NCBI GenBank assembly: GCA_000182565.2
Contig: KQ257461.1
DNA: 64,000 nt
Direction: 5' to 3' (one strand)
DNA from: Spizellomyces punctatus DAOM BR117
Lineage: Eukaryota
The notes under the pieces are model-generated. The model did not search any database, was not told the DNA's origin, and saw only the letters and a list, made by a program, of their open reading frames with translations. How positions within the stretch are numbered: the first letter of the stretch is position 1; every line of letters begins with the position of its first letter. Below, piece after piece: positions 35,608-46,806 of the stretch. A program made the position numbers and the translations under genes.

Positions 35608-38600
35608 CTTACCCATTGACCCCTTTTGTGTCGGATGCCTTGCTTGCAAGCGCCCGGACCAAGGTCTGTGCAGATTTATTGTGAAGCGTGAAGTTTCATG
35701 GACTGATTCCCGAAACTCTGCCTTCGCAGCCGCCAAGCAGGCTCTGACAACAGCTCCAGTGCTTGTGGCACCCAGAAAAGGGTTCCCCTACACCCTTCAC
35801 AGTGACGCTTCCTACACAGCATTTAATGTCATGCTCGAACAGTTACAGCCAGATGCTTCTAACCGCCCGCTGTGCTACCATTCTCGAGGCACCACCACCT
35901 CAGAAAAAAAGGCCCCCCCCGTCAAACTCGAGGCCGGATGCCTCATTTGGGGCCTTGGAAAACTCTGCCCATACCTCGAAGGCCTGCCTTTCACAGTCAT
36001 TACTGATCACCAAGCTCTTTTGTGGCTCACTAAATACAAAGGCGAGAACCATAAGCTTCTCTGCTGGGCCCTCGATCTTAGTTACTGGTCTGAATGGATG
36101 ACAATCATTCACAAACCAGGATGTTTTCACATTGTCGCTGATACACTTTCATGGCTACTAGGAGCAGAAACCCTACTCTGCTCCACCGCAACCCAAATAT
36201 GGGTGGCGGAACGCGGAAGACGATGGCTGCGCACCACACCAGCGGCTCTCGCACCTTCCTTGACACTGGCAGATGCCGTCTTTTGTCTGGCCTTACAGCC
36301 TGCACTCATTGCCGCCATCTGCGCTGGCCTCACTGGCCAGCTCTACCCCATAGCCCAACAGGCCCGCATGCTCCTATGGGAGACCAGCCCTGACACCTAC
36401 ACTACAGCCAACGCGCGCTTTCTTCAGGAGTGGCAATGTGCAGATAACCTGCTGTGGCACCGTTTTTCAGTCTCCGAAGACCTTTGGTGCCTCTACGTGC
36501 CCCCTGCTTGCACCCCCAAGGTGCGCAAGCTTTTTCACGAGGGGGGAGGACACTTCGGATTCGAAAGAACCTACGCCAGAGCCACAGCACAAGTCTGGTG
36601 GCCAAAGATGGCACAAGATTTCAGAAAACATTGCACAGGATATGAAACCTGCCAATGCTCAAAAAGGGTACCGCAACTGATTCTGGGGTTGCTGAAACCC
36701 ATACCACCAGCTCTGGGATGCTGGACAGTCATCATGACTGACTTTGTAACCAAGCTCCCACTTACTTCCAGAGGGTATGATGCCTTTTGGCTAATAGCTT
36801 GTAAATGCTCAAAGAGGATCCACGTATGGCCCCTCAAGAGCACCGCGACAGCTACTCAGGTCGCAGAACTATTTATAGAATGCTACATCCCATTGCACAG
36901 CATTCCGGAGACTATTATCTCAGACCATGACTCCATCATTGAAAGGCCGTCAGAAACCAGAAATGCAGATGTGGAAGAGCTCTGTAAACATCTCGGAGAC
37001 CTAAACATCCTTATCCGAGATCTGATGATTGAGGCCCAGGATTCACAGAAAAGATATGTGACAGAATTCTTCTGTCAGTGCTATGGTTATACTGGTTAGA
37101 TGTGGTTCCAAACTAGTGGTCACATGACTTTGCTGATGGTGTCAACATTCATTTGACCAGAATTAGATAAATAAGCAGATTTAGCCATTTCTGGCTAAAT
37201 TAGATGAGTATCCTGACACACTAGCATCTGCCCCTTTCAATCAAGTGGCACAGTGTATTTAGGATGACTTGTCTCACTTGTGATTGGCTATAAATGGTGC
37301 AATAGGCTGACAAATAGTTTAGGATGACATGTACAAGATCTGATTGGTTGCAAATGGTGCAATAGGCTGACAAATAGTTTAGGATGACATGTACAAGATC
37401 TGATTGGTTGCAAATGGTGCAATAGGCTGACAAATAGTTTAGGATGACATGTATGAGTTCTGATTGGTTGCAAATGGTGCAATAGGCTGACAAATAGTTT
37501 AGGATGATGTGGGTGAGATCTGATTGGGTAGTTAGGATATAGCATTTGTCAGCCCCTTTGTCTATAAAAAGAGGACCTCTCTGAGGCCCCTCAAAGGAAA
37601 ATAACAAGTAGTAACCAAGTCTTCCCTAGTTTTCTGTTGTCTTCTTGTCCCTGCTAGCCTGTTACAAGATACTATGATTTATCACAACAACATTTGGAGT
37701 TCCAGAGAGGAGATAAGGTGCTTCTGAGCATGAAAAACCTAGCAGGGTATGAGTCCAAGATCACTCCAAAATGGCTGGGACCAGTCACAGTGACTGACTG
37801 TAACCTTCTCTGTGACAACTATGAGTTAAAACTGCCAGATAAGATGAGATGACTTCATCCATGGTTTCACATATTGAAATTATGTCCATACCAGAAGCCT
37901 GTCAATGGCGAAACTGAGGAAAAAGTCACGGAAGCACAAATGGAGAATTCCGACACTCCAGAAGGTGAGTTCAAAGTGGAAGCAATAGTAGACCATCGAA
38001 CCAGGTGTGGAAAGCATCAATTTCGAATACATTGGGCTGGATACCCACCCCATGAGGATACCTGGGAACCAGAGGAAGCCCTAACAGAGGCTTCCAAAGC
38101 CTTAGAAGAGTACTGGAGATCCAGAGCTCCCACTAGTGCACTAGTAGAGGACTCCTTGGTAGTCAGCTTTGCAGGCGATGCCCCAGCTTATGCTTCTGAC
38201 CACCAATGCTTCGTGGTTTATCCAGACAATAGCTCACATGATAATCATGCCCTCTCACCAGAATGAAAACCAGCTTCATGTGGCTTACCTCACCAGTCGA
38301 GAATGCCACACCAAGCCTCCCGATCATGCTTATGTGTGTCCGAGCTGTCAAAATCAGCTGGTGATGACCTTAAAAGGATGCCCCTGCTTGCCCCCCCTCT
38401 TTTTTCTTCTTCAACTACTGACAACCTACTTCCCTTACAGACCTACTCTGCCTCGCAAACCTTTTCTATTGACACCAAAACAAAAGCTTTCATTTCCAAC
38501 ACCATGACCACCAATATCCGATGACAACAAGGAGTCAGCATCCTCTCTACCCTTGAGGAAGGCTATCCCTGGTCAGAAGTAAGCGATGCCTTTGCTGCCG

Positions 38601-39920
38601 AGAACTCTATTGAGCGGCTCGGAGCAGCTATGGCCACCTGGGTCAAAGTTTGGATTCATGAGTTGTACGAAGACCCAAACAAACCTCTTGAACACTATCG
38701 TGGTGAAGATTGGGTGGTTGACGGGGCTTCGAAGCCATACGCCACAAGCCAGCCCCTCATGATGCATATTGCAGAGCCCTACAGTAGGGCTTCCGATGGT
38801 GGTCAAGCAGCTGTCGGTATCATTGCCAATGCAAAAACAATAGGGAAGAGATTACGGGATGTACCCTGCGCTGCCTGGCTTGATGCTGGGGTCCCTCAAC
38901 ATGTGGCTGGAAACCCCAAAATGGCCCGCTTCACCCTCTGGCCCGATTGCGAAGCCCATGATTTTGCAGAGATAGCCATCGAAGCCACGAGAGCAGTGTT
39001 GTTAAAGCTAGCCAATGCAGCTGAAACCACAGAAGAGCAGCTCCATCCCAAACATCGGGAGCACTCCTATTACCACTTTCAAGCGGTTAACTTGAAAAGG
39101 GCCGCAGAGATGTTCACAGCCCTTTATGTAACCCAAGCCAATGGTTCCAAGACCCCTGGAACCCCAGCTCCGGAAGCCACTGACCAAATTTGGTTCTGCG
39201 CAAACATCATGGGGCGCACTACCATAATCTGGACAATCAACGAAGACAGCTTTGAAGCTGATGACAACTATCCAGTTGTGTCATGGTAGAGACAAGGTCT
39301 CAAACACTTGCATGCAAGTTGCTGAACCTTCTTTTTCGAAGGGGGAATGTAGCGAATGACTCTGATAAACCGGTTCGCTCAAAGGCATCAGGTGACCATG
39401 ATTGAGGTTTCCGCAATTGTAACCTGAGCTTCGAAACCCCTGAGATCAAGTTTGGTTCTGGGCTACACCAGTGCAGCACAAAGGATATGTTACGCAGTCA
39501 TAATTGATCATGGCAATGATCAGAAATGGGAATATTGGATGCCGCCACCCTAATGAAGGTTACAGAGACTAGTGTAGATGTTACCATAGCATATTCTTGT
39601 ATAAAACAACAAATTCAATAAAATAAGTCATGGGCAGAAGCCATAGTGACACTAAATCCCCAAGAAACTAGCTTCTCAACTCCAATCTTAGGTTAACAGG
39701 AACCTAACAGAGTGCTTCAACGGCCTGATCACCCACACTGAAGCCTCTAAATCCTGCTCGGTTCACAACTAACTGATTCTCCTTGCCTCTCGCCCCCAAT
39801 TCGCTACCGATGCCCAAAGAAAGGATTCGGAGACTATGATTCCTAGTACGGACACCCACATAACCTGCTAGGAGACCCAAGTTGGCTTTACCATAGTCTA
39901 CCAACAAAAAATCCGCTACA
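35608..39920 (+). mobile_element. 3' part of family A copy A2: duplicated RH-IN segment (35608-37056), LTR-B (37057-37666), chromodomain, extra domain, PPT and 3' LTR-A (39348-39920)
   Basis: 35608-37056 is nearly identical to 27134-25686. LTR-B is flanked by AGATA. LTR-A ends CTACA and is followed by GATT. Confidence 0.9.
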
Positions 39921-41737
39921 GATTTCATGATCATCAGCATGTTGCAGGTGCTCAGCATGTCCCTGTTCCAGTAGCACATCGTCCAGGCTTGCTGACAGTT
40001 AGGGTTGGTACAACCCAGCAATCCATGGACTTTTTCAATCTTGCCTTTGCAATGGCACCAAGGTCTTGAATGAGGTCATGTTTTGAAGCCTTTTTCAAGG
40101 AAGTCAGCAGATGAGGCCAAACAGTGAGGGCAGGCAGATGAGGTCTTGTACTTGTCAAGAAGGAAGCAGTTGATCCTGTTGCGCTTAAAGAGGGTGCACC
40201 AACCTTTCATCTTTGATGAGGTCTGAAATCTTGCAGTTCAACCAGCATCACTCCAATCACCCATCACAATGGTGAAGTTCCCAAACTTGTTGCGCATGTT
40301 GGATATGAGGTTTGATTCACTCTTCTGACAGTTTATAAATGCATGCCACTTCCACTGTGTGTGGGCAGGATGTGAGTAGAACTCCTTTCAACAATCTGAA
40401 TCTGCACGGCAAATGAGAAGGTAGTGAGTAAAGTCCATGAGGTTCATTGTCTTGTGAGATGGTATTCATGATTCTATGAGGTCAATACCGCCGGCTTTCA
40501 TCTGCTGCCATTCTTTTGCAAATCGACAGCTTCCAGTCTCCACGGCTCACTGGTTGGCAGTGTAGTGAAATGTCGTGCCATTACTGTCTTGGCAGTAGAG
40601 AATGTCATGCTTGTTTGGGTCGATAATGATGACATTCTCTGCTGCTCAACAAGCAGGCAAGTTGTTCTCCACATATACTGCCTTCACCTCAGCTTCTAGG
40701 GTCTTTGCTGACTTCTTCCCTCCACTGCTGTGCTTTCCATACTTGTCAGCTTCAGGATGTTTCAAGTAAACTGACACTGAGGTGCCATCCATCGTGATCG
40801 AGCCTTCAAACTGCATATCACAGCAAGACCGAAAAGCCTTGGTACATAGATTGCAGATGCGCATCCATAAATCGACCTTCTCTATGGCTTGTGCTTCTTG
40901 GCGGGTGATGCAGAGGATGTGGGCATAGAGAATGACCATGTTGATGCAAATATGGGACTGAATCAGTGACTGATGAAGAGGGATTGCACTGAACCATCGA
41001 AATCCATGCTTTTCATATAGGCTTGACAACTGACAGTAGGCAGGGATAAAGGACATTGGATCCATGACAACTGCATAGGTGAGTGGATGGTCAACAAGAA
41101 AAGGCAGATCAAGTGACCAAATCTCTTCTAGAAGTTCACTCTCTTCAGCAGTTAAGTCATTGAGTGACTTGGGCACAATATCAAAAAGGAAAATTGACTT
41201 CAAGTAGCAAAGACGAGCAAAGAAAGTGTTTCACGCATCACTTTTCAGTCACTGCTTCTGTCCCTTCACATCAAGCCACAGATTAATGTACTGAAGGAGC
41301 ATCTGCATGAAATGCTCTTGAACATTGACTTTCAGGTTCATCATCATACTTGCTGTCAGGTAATTGACTGATTGCTGCTCACCTTGTAGATTTGGGTGAG
41401 CAAAGCCAATGATTTGGCAGTACCATTGAACATATGGCAGCAAACAATCCCGCCATGCCTTCTTTGCTTCCTTTCTTGGATGCCAAGCCTCCCCCTTGTT
41501 GAGAAGATAGAGAATCGCTTCGATGGTCTCCTCATTCACAGTGAAGGTTGGTGCAGATAGGATGTAGAATTTGAGAGCATGGGAAGCATGGTTGGTGAGT
41601 TGATGGATGATGGTGATGTAATCTAGAAGCCGTTGGTGATAGTTTGGCAGGAAAGCTTTTGCAAAGGAAGTCTTGTTGCAGGTATGTAAGGTGGGTTTGT
41701 CGAGTTTTTCAAGCTTTTGCTTCTTTTTTGGTGGCAT
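39921..41737 (-). pseudogene. Fanzor1 (TnpB-family RNA-guided endonuclease) ORF body, inactivated
   Basis: Starts MPPKKKQKLEKLDKPTLHTCNKTSFAKAFLPN. Contains SITMDGTSVSV, RuvC-I VIIIDPNK (D at ~40620), IVMGDWS, RuvC-II LLDKYKTS (E to K), a Zn-finger Cys pair CTNPNC and RuvC-III WNRD. Several in-frame TGA stops. Confidence 0.93.
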
Positions 41738-41872
41738 TGATGATATCTGTGGGAAAAGATGAAAGCCTGGGAAAATGGGCAACGACAACTTATATAGGAT
41801 TTTTTGGATCAAACCATAGTTCATGAGTCTAAATCGAGTAAAATTATGATTAAATTGGTTGGAATCTATGTA

Positions 41873-41902
41873 CTAGTGCCAATACCAATCGGCTCCGCAC
41901 TA
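41873..41902. repeat. Left terminal inverted repeat of the Fanzor element; the minus strand reads CATA (41904-41901) at the boundary
   Basis: CTAGTGCCAATACCAATCGGCTCCGCACTA followed by TG. Confidence 0.93.
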
Positions 41903-42981
41903 TGAAATTGTATCACTTATGCTATTGTGGATGGAAAGAAGAAGGTGAAAGCAGCGACTGCACTTGTGCATGGACCAGCAGCGCTCCTAGTTTTGGGTAT
42001 TTTTCAAGAGTATTTCGAACAATTTGCAAGACTGGAGCCAATTGGGGACAAGGGTTTCCTTGTAAGGGATGCTCGCAGGGAGATAGGTCTCCCCGTATGG
42101 TGAAAATCTCACACCTATTCCATGTAATGTATTCTCTGGCAAACCATGTTAAATGTGGCGATAGGATATCGGTCACATTGGCTATTATGGCACTAGAACA
42201 GGAGCCAAGGAATATCAACTGTCTGGCAGATGAAAACCTCCTTGCGCCACAATTTGAGAGGCAAACGATCCTTCTTACCATGGTCCCCAAGGTTTTGACC
42301 ACATGCATGATAGCAATATTCAAAACAATGTGCCGACCTTATCATCTACGTCTAACCCACTCAGCTCATCCATAACCCTGTCCATAACGTGCATTATCTT
42401 TGGAGATGTACCCTTTCTGCATGCAGGGCCCAAAGAACTTTCTAAAAAACATGCAGGTATGTTACCATGGAAATTCCAGTGCTGAGAATTATAATACAGA
42501 ATGGGGAACTACCAGTTTGTAGTCATCTAAGAGTTTGGTAACAAAGTGTAGGCTTCGTACCAACCAAAACAACTCAGGAGTGATCATAAGAACGTTATGC
42601 TCGAGGTTTTGCAGGTATATGTGCCAAGAAACGTGTACTATGCAGGAATCTTGATACGGAGGACGGAATATGGTGTCCTGCATGATCTCTGGCGAATAGT
42701 TGGTGAACGTCGAATAAGGTTATAGTTGATGATCCACACGCGCTGTTGGTCATCGTCATTTGTTGACACACGATGGGTTTACAAGAAAAAAAAAACAAGA
42801 AACGCAGCAATGACAAACAGAAAGAGCACAGTACCCAGACATTATAAATTACGTTTCCCATGCTCTAACCACCACCATCCACAACAAAAAAAACAAAAAC
42901 ACACACACAAGAACAAAACAATAGAACTCTCCTACAGGCCGTCCATTATAGTGGGCAAAAGGGGGGTTTGAGTGTTTTCTT

Positions 42982-44609
42982 TCATTTTAGAAACTTGGAA
43001 GCGACTTCGTAGAGGAGAACAGAGCGTGTTCGTGAGATTTTAGGGGCAAAGCTGGGGGCTTTGTAAGAGGCTCTTTCGCCATTTACCACTAAAGCAACGT
43101 ACGGGTTAGAACAACCATACAAAAGGCAGTCGAAACAAAACCAAATCAAATATACTCACACTTGTGTAAAAAGAAATCCCTACTGACAGCATCCCGTCCA
43201 AACACACAGGGCTCTGGTAAATCCGGCGTAAACCCAGGTACCCCGCTCTTTGGCGCAACCGTCAACCGATACCGGTCGCCCTCCACTGGACTCACGACAG
43301 CCACAACATGATTCTGATGGGACGTGATAGAAGACAATTGGAAGGGGGAGTCGGATTCAGAAAAGATGATGATGACAATGTCGTTGCCAATGTGGCGTTT
43401 GCGTTCGAGTTGCTGGCGGTCACCGGGGATGTAGGGGAGGAGGGTGGAGACGTGGAACATGATTTCATAGCCTTGCCATTTTGTGTAGATGGAGTGCGTT
43501 CCTGTCATGTTGCCTAAGGAGTTGGGTAAGAAAGCGCGTATTATAAGTGAGTGTATAGACATTGGGATGTAAATGCGAATGTATACATACTTCCGCTCAC
43601 GTCGAGACCCGCACGATACCCTTTCCAACCTCGGAGTTCTATTGTCTCGCCAAGAAAGTTTAAAAATTCCTTAAACTTGGGTGAAGCATTTTCTAGTCCA
43701 CAAAGATGTCAACATTTCCCAACAGAAAATAAATTTCACTCATGGTAATCAAGAAACTCACCCGCGCGGTTCGAAAACATTTCCTCCTCAGAGCACTGGC
43801 CAGGCCCTACATATGCAACCCCAAACTTGTAAGACCGTATCACCTGTCGCTCCTCCATGGCCAACAATTCGTTTCCCAGATTCGGATCCTTGCACAACCT
43901 CAAATTCGGTACAGGTATATTCCTCGAAATGGATTCCATGAGATTGTTTACGCTTGGACCAAGCCCAAAGGCCTTGCGCCACCATGCGATGGAAATGCCG
44001 CTGCTAGAGACGGAGAGCCGCTCGCTGCCGGATGTGGTCCGGACGAGAGCTTTGTAAGTGTCGCTGTCTCGGATGATGGAGATGGCGAGCGGGCCGCGAG
44101 GTGAGTCGAGGGCGAGGTAGTTTTGGTGCGCTAAAAGAGAAACGAGGATTAGCTATGAGCAGAATCGGCGGTTATCTCCTATAAACGCAAACAGACGCTT
44201 GGATCGGTTCAATGTTCAAGCCCCCATTGAATGGCCATCCATCTGTCTGTTTGTTCCCACACACTGTGTCTCCTGATCCAAACGTGTCACTCGCCAGAGA
44301 ATCTTTTGCCTTTCCAGTCTCCCTCGCTGCAGTATACTGCAAACTCCCTCACGTTGCCACGAGTAACTCTTGGTCATTCATACAATTCCGCAGCTCATCT
44401 CCTTCTTGACTCTTGGTCGCCAATGGTTCCCAGTCAACGTCTCCACGCTCGTGCGAAAACAAAAACTCACCCTTGCCAAAGAAATTATCACGATACCATA
44501 TGATATCTTTCTCGCACTCTTGCAGCAAGGACTCATGTACACCCGTAATCTTTGCATTCGGGTTGGTCGGGAGGGGCATAAACTCTGAATTCCCCACATT
44601 GACCGACAT
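42982..44609 (-). CDS. Rap/Ran-GAP domain protein (RapGAP family), multi-exon
   Basis: YKFGVAYV...SEEEMFSN, FKEFLNFLG...GYRAGLDV, EIMFHVSTLLP...RKRHIGNDIV and VNGERASYKAP, in exons separated by GT-AG introns. Start is uncertain. Confidence 0.88.
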
Positions 44610-45463
44610 GGTTAACAAGGAACTGTTGGTGTTGGGTAGAGGGCTACGCTCCTTGTGTAAGTGTGTGGATGGGATGGGGAGCGGAGGAAAAAGTAAAAGT
44701 GAATGGATGGGAATGGCGGACTGGGTGCTTGGGGGTCCGCTTGGGTATTATGTTGCTATTTTTGTAGCGTGTAAAGTCGATTTGCTCTATGCGTTACGTA
44801 CGCTCGCACGTGTCTATGCTTCGCTTTGCCCTCCTCCTCCTCCTCCTCGTCAAGCGTCTTACGCTCGTGCCATCGTCTCCGTTCGTCGGTCTCGTTTGTC
44901 TATTCCGCCGTCCTTTGTCGTCGTTCGTTGTCGAAACCCCCGTCCGTTACCTGTGCGTGAGCGGAGTCCCAAAATGCATTACCTAAACGCACACAAAAAA
45001 GTCCAAAATTTGCTTATGACGAGATCTTCTGATTTCCATTAAGCTTTATATGGCAATGGTTCCAACCGCCGCTGGCTGGCTTCTTTACGGTTACATTCAT
45101 TTCAAAGGATATAAACTCCTCCATTTTTGCATATCGTTTAGTAGATGCGGAGGCATGGGATTGTGCCTTGGCTGGGTCCGTTTACTATGGTCCATGCGAA
45201 TGTATGTTAAATAAGCAATAAGGTTATTTGGCGGGGGGCCATAGCATGTAAGGGAGCATCACCGACAAATACATTGCATGTGTGGAGGTGCACAGGTAGT
45301 CATGATATATCAACGTAACTAACATGATATTATTGGAACACCTACGCTGCACGCAAGGATAATGCGTAATGCGTGTATAATGTCATGAACCCTTCTCAAA
45401 TTCTTTACACAGGTCGATGCACCTTTGGACCTTGGATTGATGTCAAGTATCCGAATGCCTTCA

Positions 45464-45952
45464 TTACACCACGCCACTTTCCACCGCCCTAAAACCCACC
45501 TCTGCACTTACAACTACCACTCCCCAAACCTTAACCCCCGCAGCACCTTCCAACGTAAACTCTACAGGAAAATTCTTCGGGGCGGGAGATGCATGCGAAA
45601 GCGTACTGCTTCTTCCAAACCCCGTACAATCCAACGTTTCCGGCCCCCCATCCAATGTCTTGTACAAGGCATTATCCACCTTCCAAGTTCCTACATGCTG
45701 TTGTGCGTCGATGGTAGGAGCAGCGTAGAGGAGGAGTCCCGCGAATGTGCCGGTGCCATTGAGTGTGACGGTGGTGGATGTGTTTGTTTGGGTTGCTGTG
45801 AGAGTTATAGGGAGGGTTGGTGCGAGTGTGCCCATTGCCCCTACGGCGGCAATGGGATCTGGAGAGGCAATGCAGGTTCCGGCTGAGGTTGGGTACGATG
45901 TCGTGAAAGGCAGGAGTGCCACAAGAGCAAGTACTAGAACGGTATACTGCAT
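45464..45952 (-). CDS. Small secreted Reeler-like domain protein
   Basis: Signal peptide MQYTVLVLALVALLPFTTS, then YPTSAGTC, FAGLLLYA, VGTW and C...TLSHASPAPK. Confidence 0.7.
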   Translation of the reverse strand: MQYTVLVLALVALLPFTTSYPTSAGTCIASPDPIAAVGAMGTLAPTLPITLTATQTNTSTTVTLNGTGTFAGLLLYAAPTIDAQQHVGTWKVDNALYKTLDGGPETLDCTGFGRSSTLSHASPAPKNFPVEFTLEGAAGVKVWGVVVVSAEVGFRAVESGVV

Positions 45953-46806
45953 GTTTGATCTGTGTCGATGAGTGACGAATGGTGTCATCTCCTGTATGGT
46001 TTTTTATACGATAGTACCTCCACACACAAAAGGGCGGAGTCTGGCTTACCTAACCTGGTGTCCCTTCGGGTTGACACTAAAGGGCTGAACTGCAAATGAT
46101 TCCCATCAAGGTTTGAAGAGTGACGATGCGCGTCTGCATTGAAATCAGCATGTGGTAATGTGCAGTGTATTTGGCAGGGATATGAACTTTATGCATTTGG
46201 GTGCTACAGCGTATGTGGAAACACAAGCGTTTTCGCATTCCATGTAAGTAAGCACTGTACCAGCGAGTGCTTAACCCTCTGAAGAGTTGGTTCTCTGGGC
46301 ATTCGCAGGCAGCCATGGGCAGACAGCCGTGGGCATTTGCCAAGCAGCCAATGATATGGCAAATGTACAGTGTCATGACACAGCAAGTAGAATAAACCAC
46401 GCCAAAAGATAACAGCGTCCTAGAGACATTTAGCAATTTTATCCTCTGTTGGTAGAGCACAGTTGTTCATCATCCTACCCTAAAAAAACCGTCTTCCCAT
46501 CCGTCCAGGCGTGAAATCCCCGCTGTGGGAGGGCGATCGTTGATTACGCAATCATATGCATTCCAATGTGGAGCCAATGGCTGTTGAGGAGCAAACGCAA
46601 GATCTGTTGAAGGAAACCTTTTGGCCAAATCTGCAGTATCGTTTGGGTGAAGAAGTGGTCTTGTTGGCGTTCCCCAGGAGTAGAGACGGTATATTTTGTA
46701 AGGGCAGGTTCTTCTTTCTGACTGGCAATCCTTTTCGACCTGTTTTGGATGCTCAGCGTTCCGCTTTGATCTCTCCAAACCTGAACCGGAGATCGCGTAA
46801 AACATC

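Larger units (their letters stand above)
13960..41902 (-). mobile_element. Fanzor1 transposon (Spu-1-like, ~2.1 kb net) interrupted at 14113-39920 by nested LTR retrotransposons
   Basis: 30-bp TIRs at 13960-13989 and 41873-41902 (29/30 identical), each ending in TA. CATA lies at the left end. The ORF reads in frame across a GATT duplication. Confidence 0.93.

Noticed and set aside
31880-37099. 1739-aa ORF as one native gene
   Set aside because: It starts at a non-ATG codon in antisense LTR-A and ends in family A and LTR-B sequence, so it is a rearrangement product around B Pol.
41922-42683. Host gene disrupted by the Fanzor insertion
   Set aside because: Only short stop-interrupted ORFs with no recognisable family, and no clear continuation at 13959.
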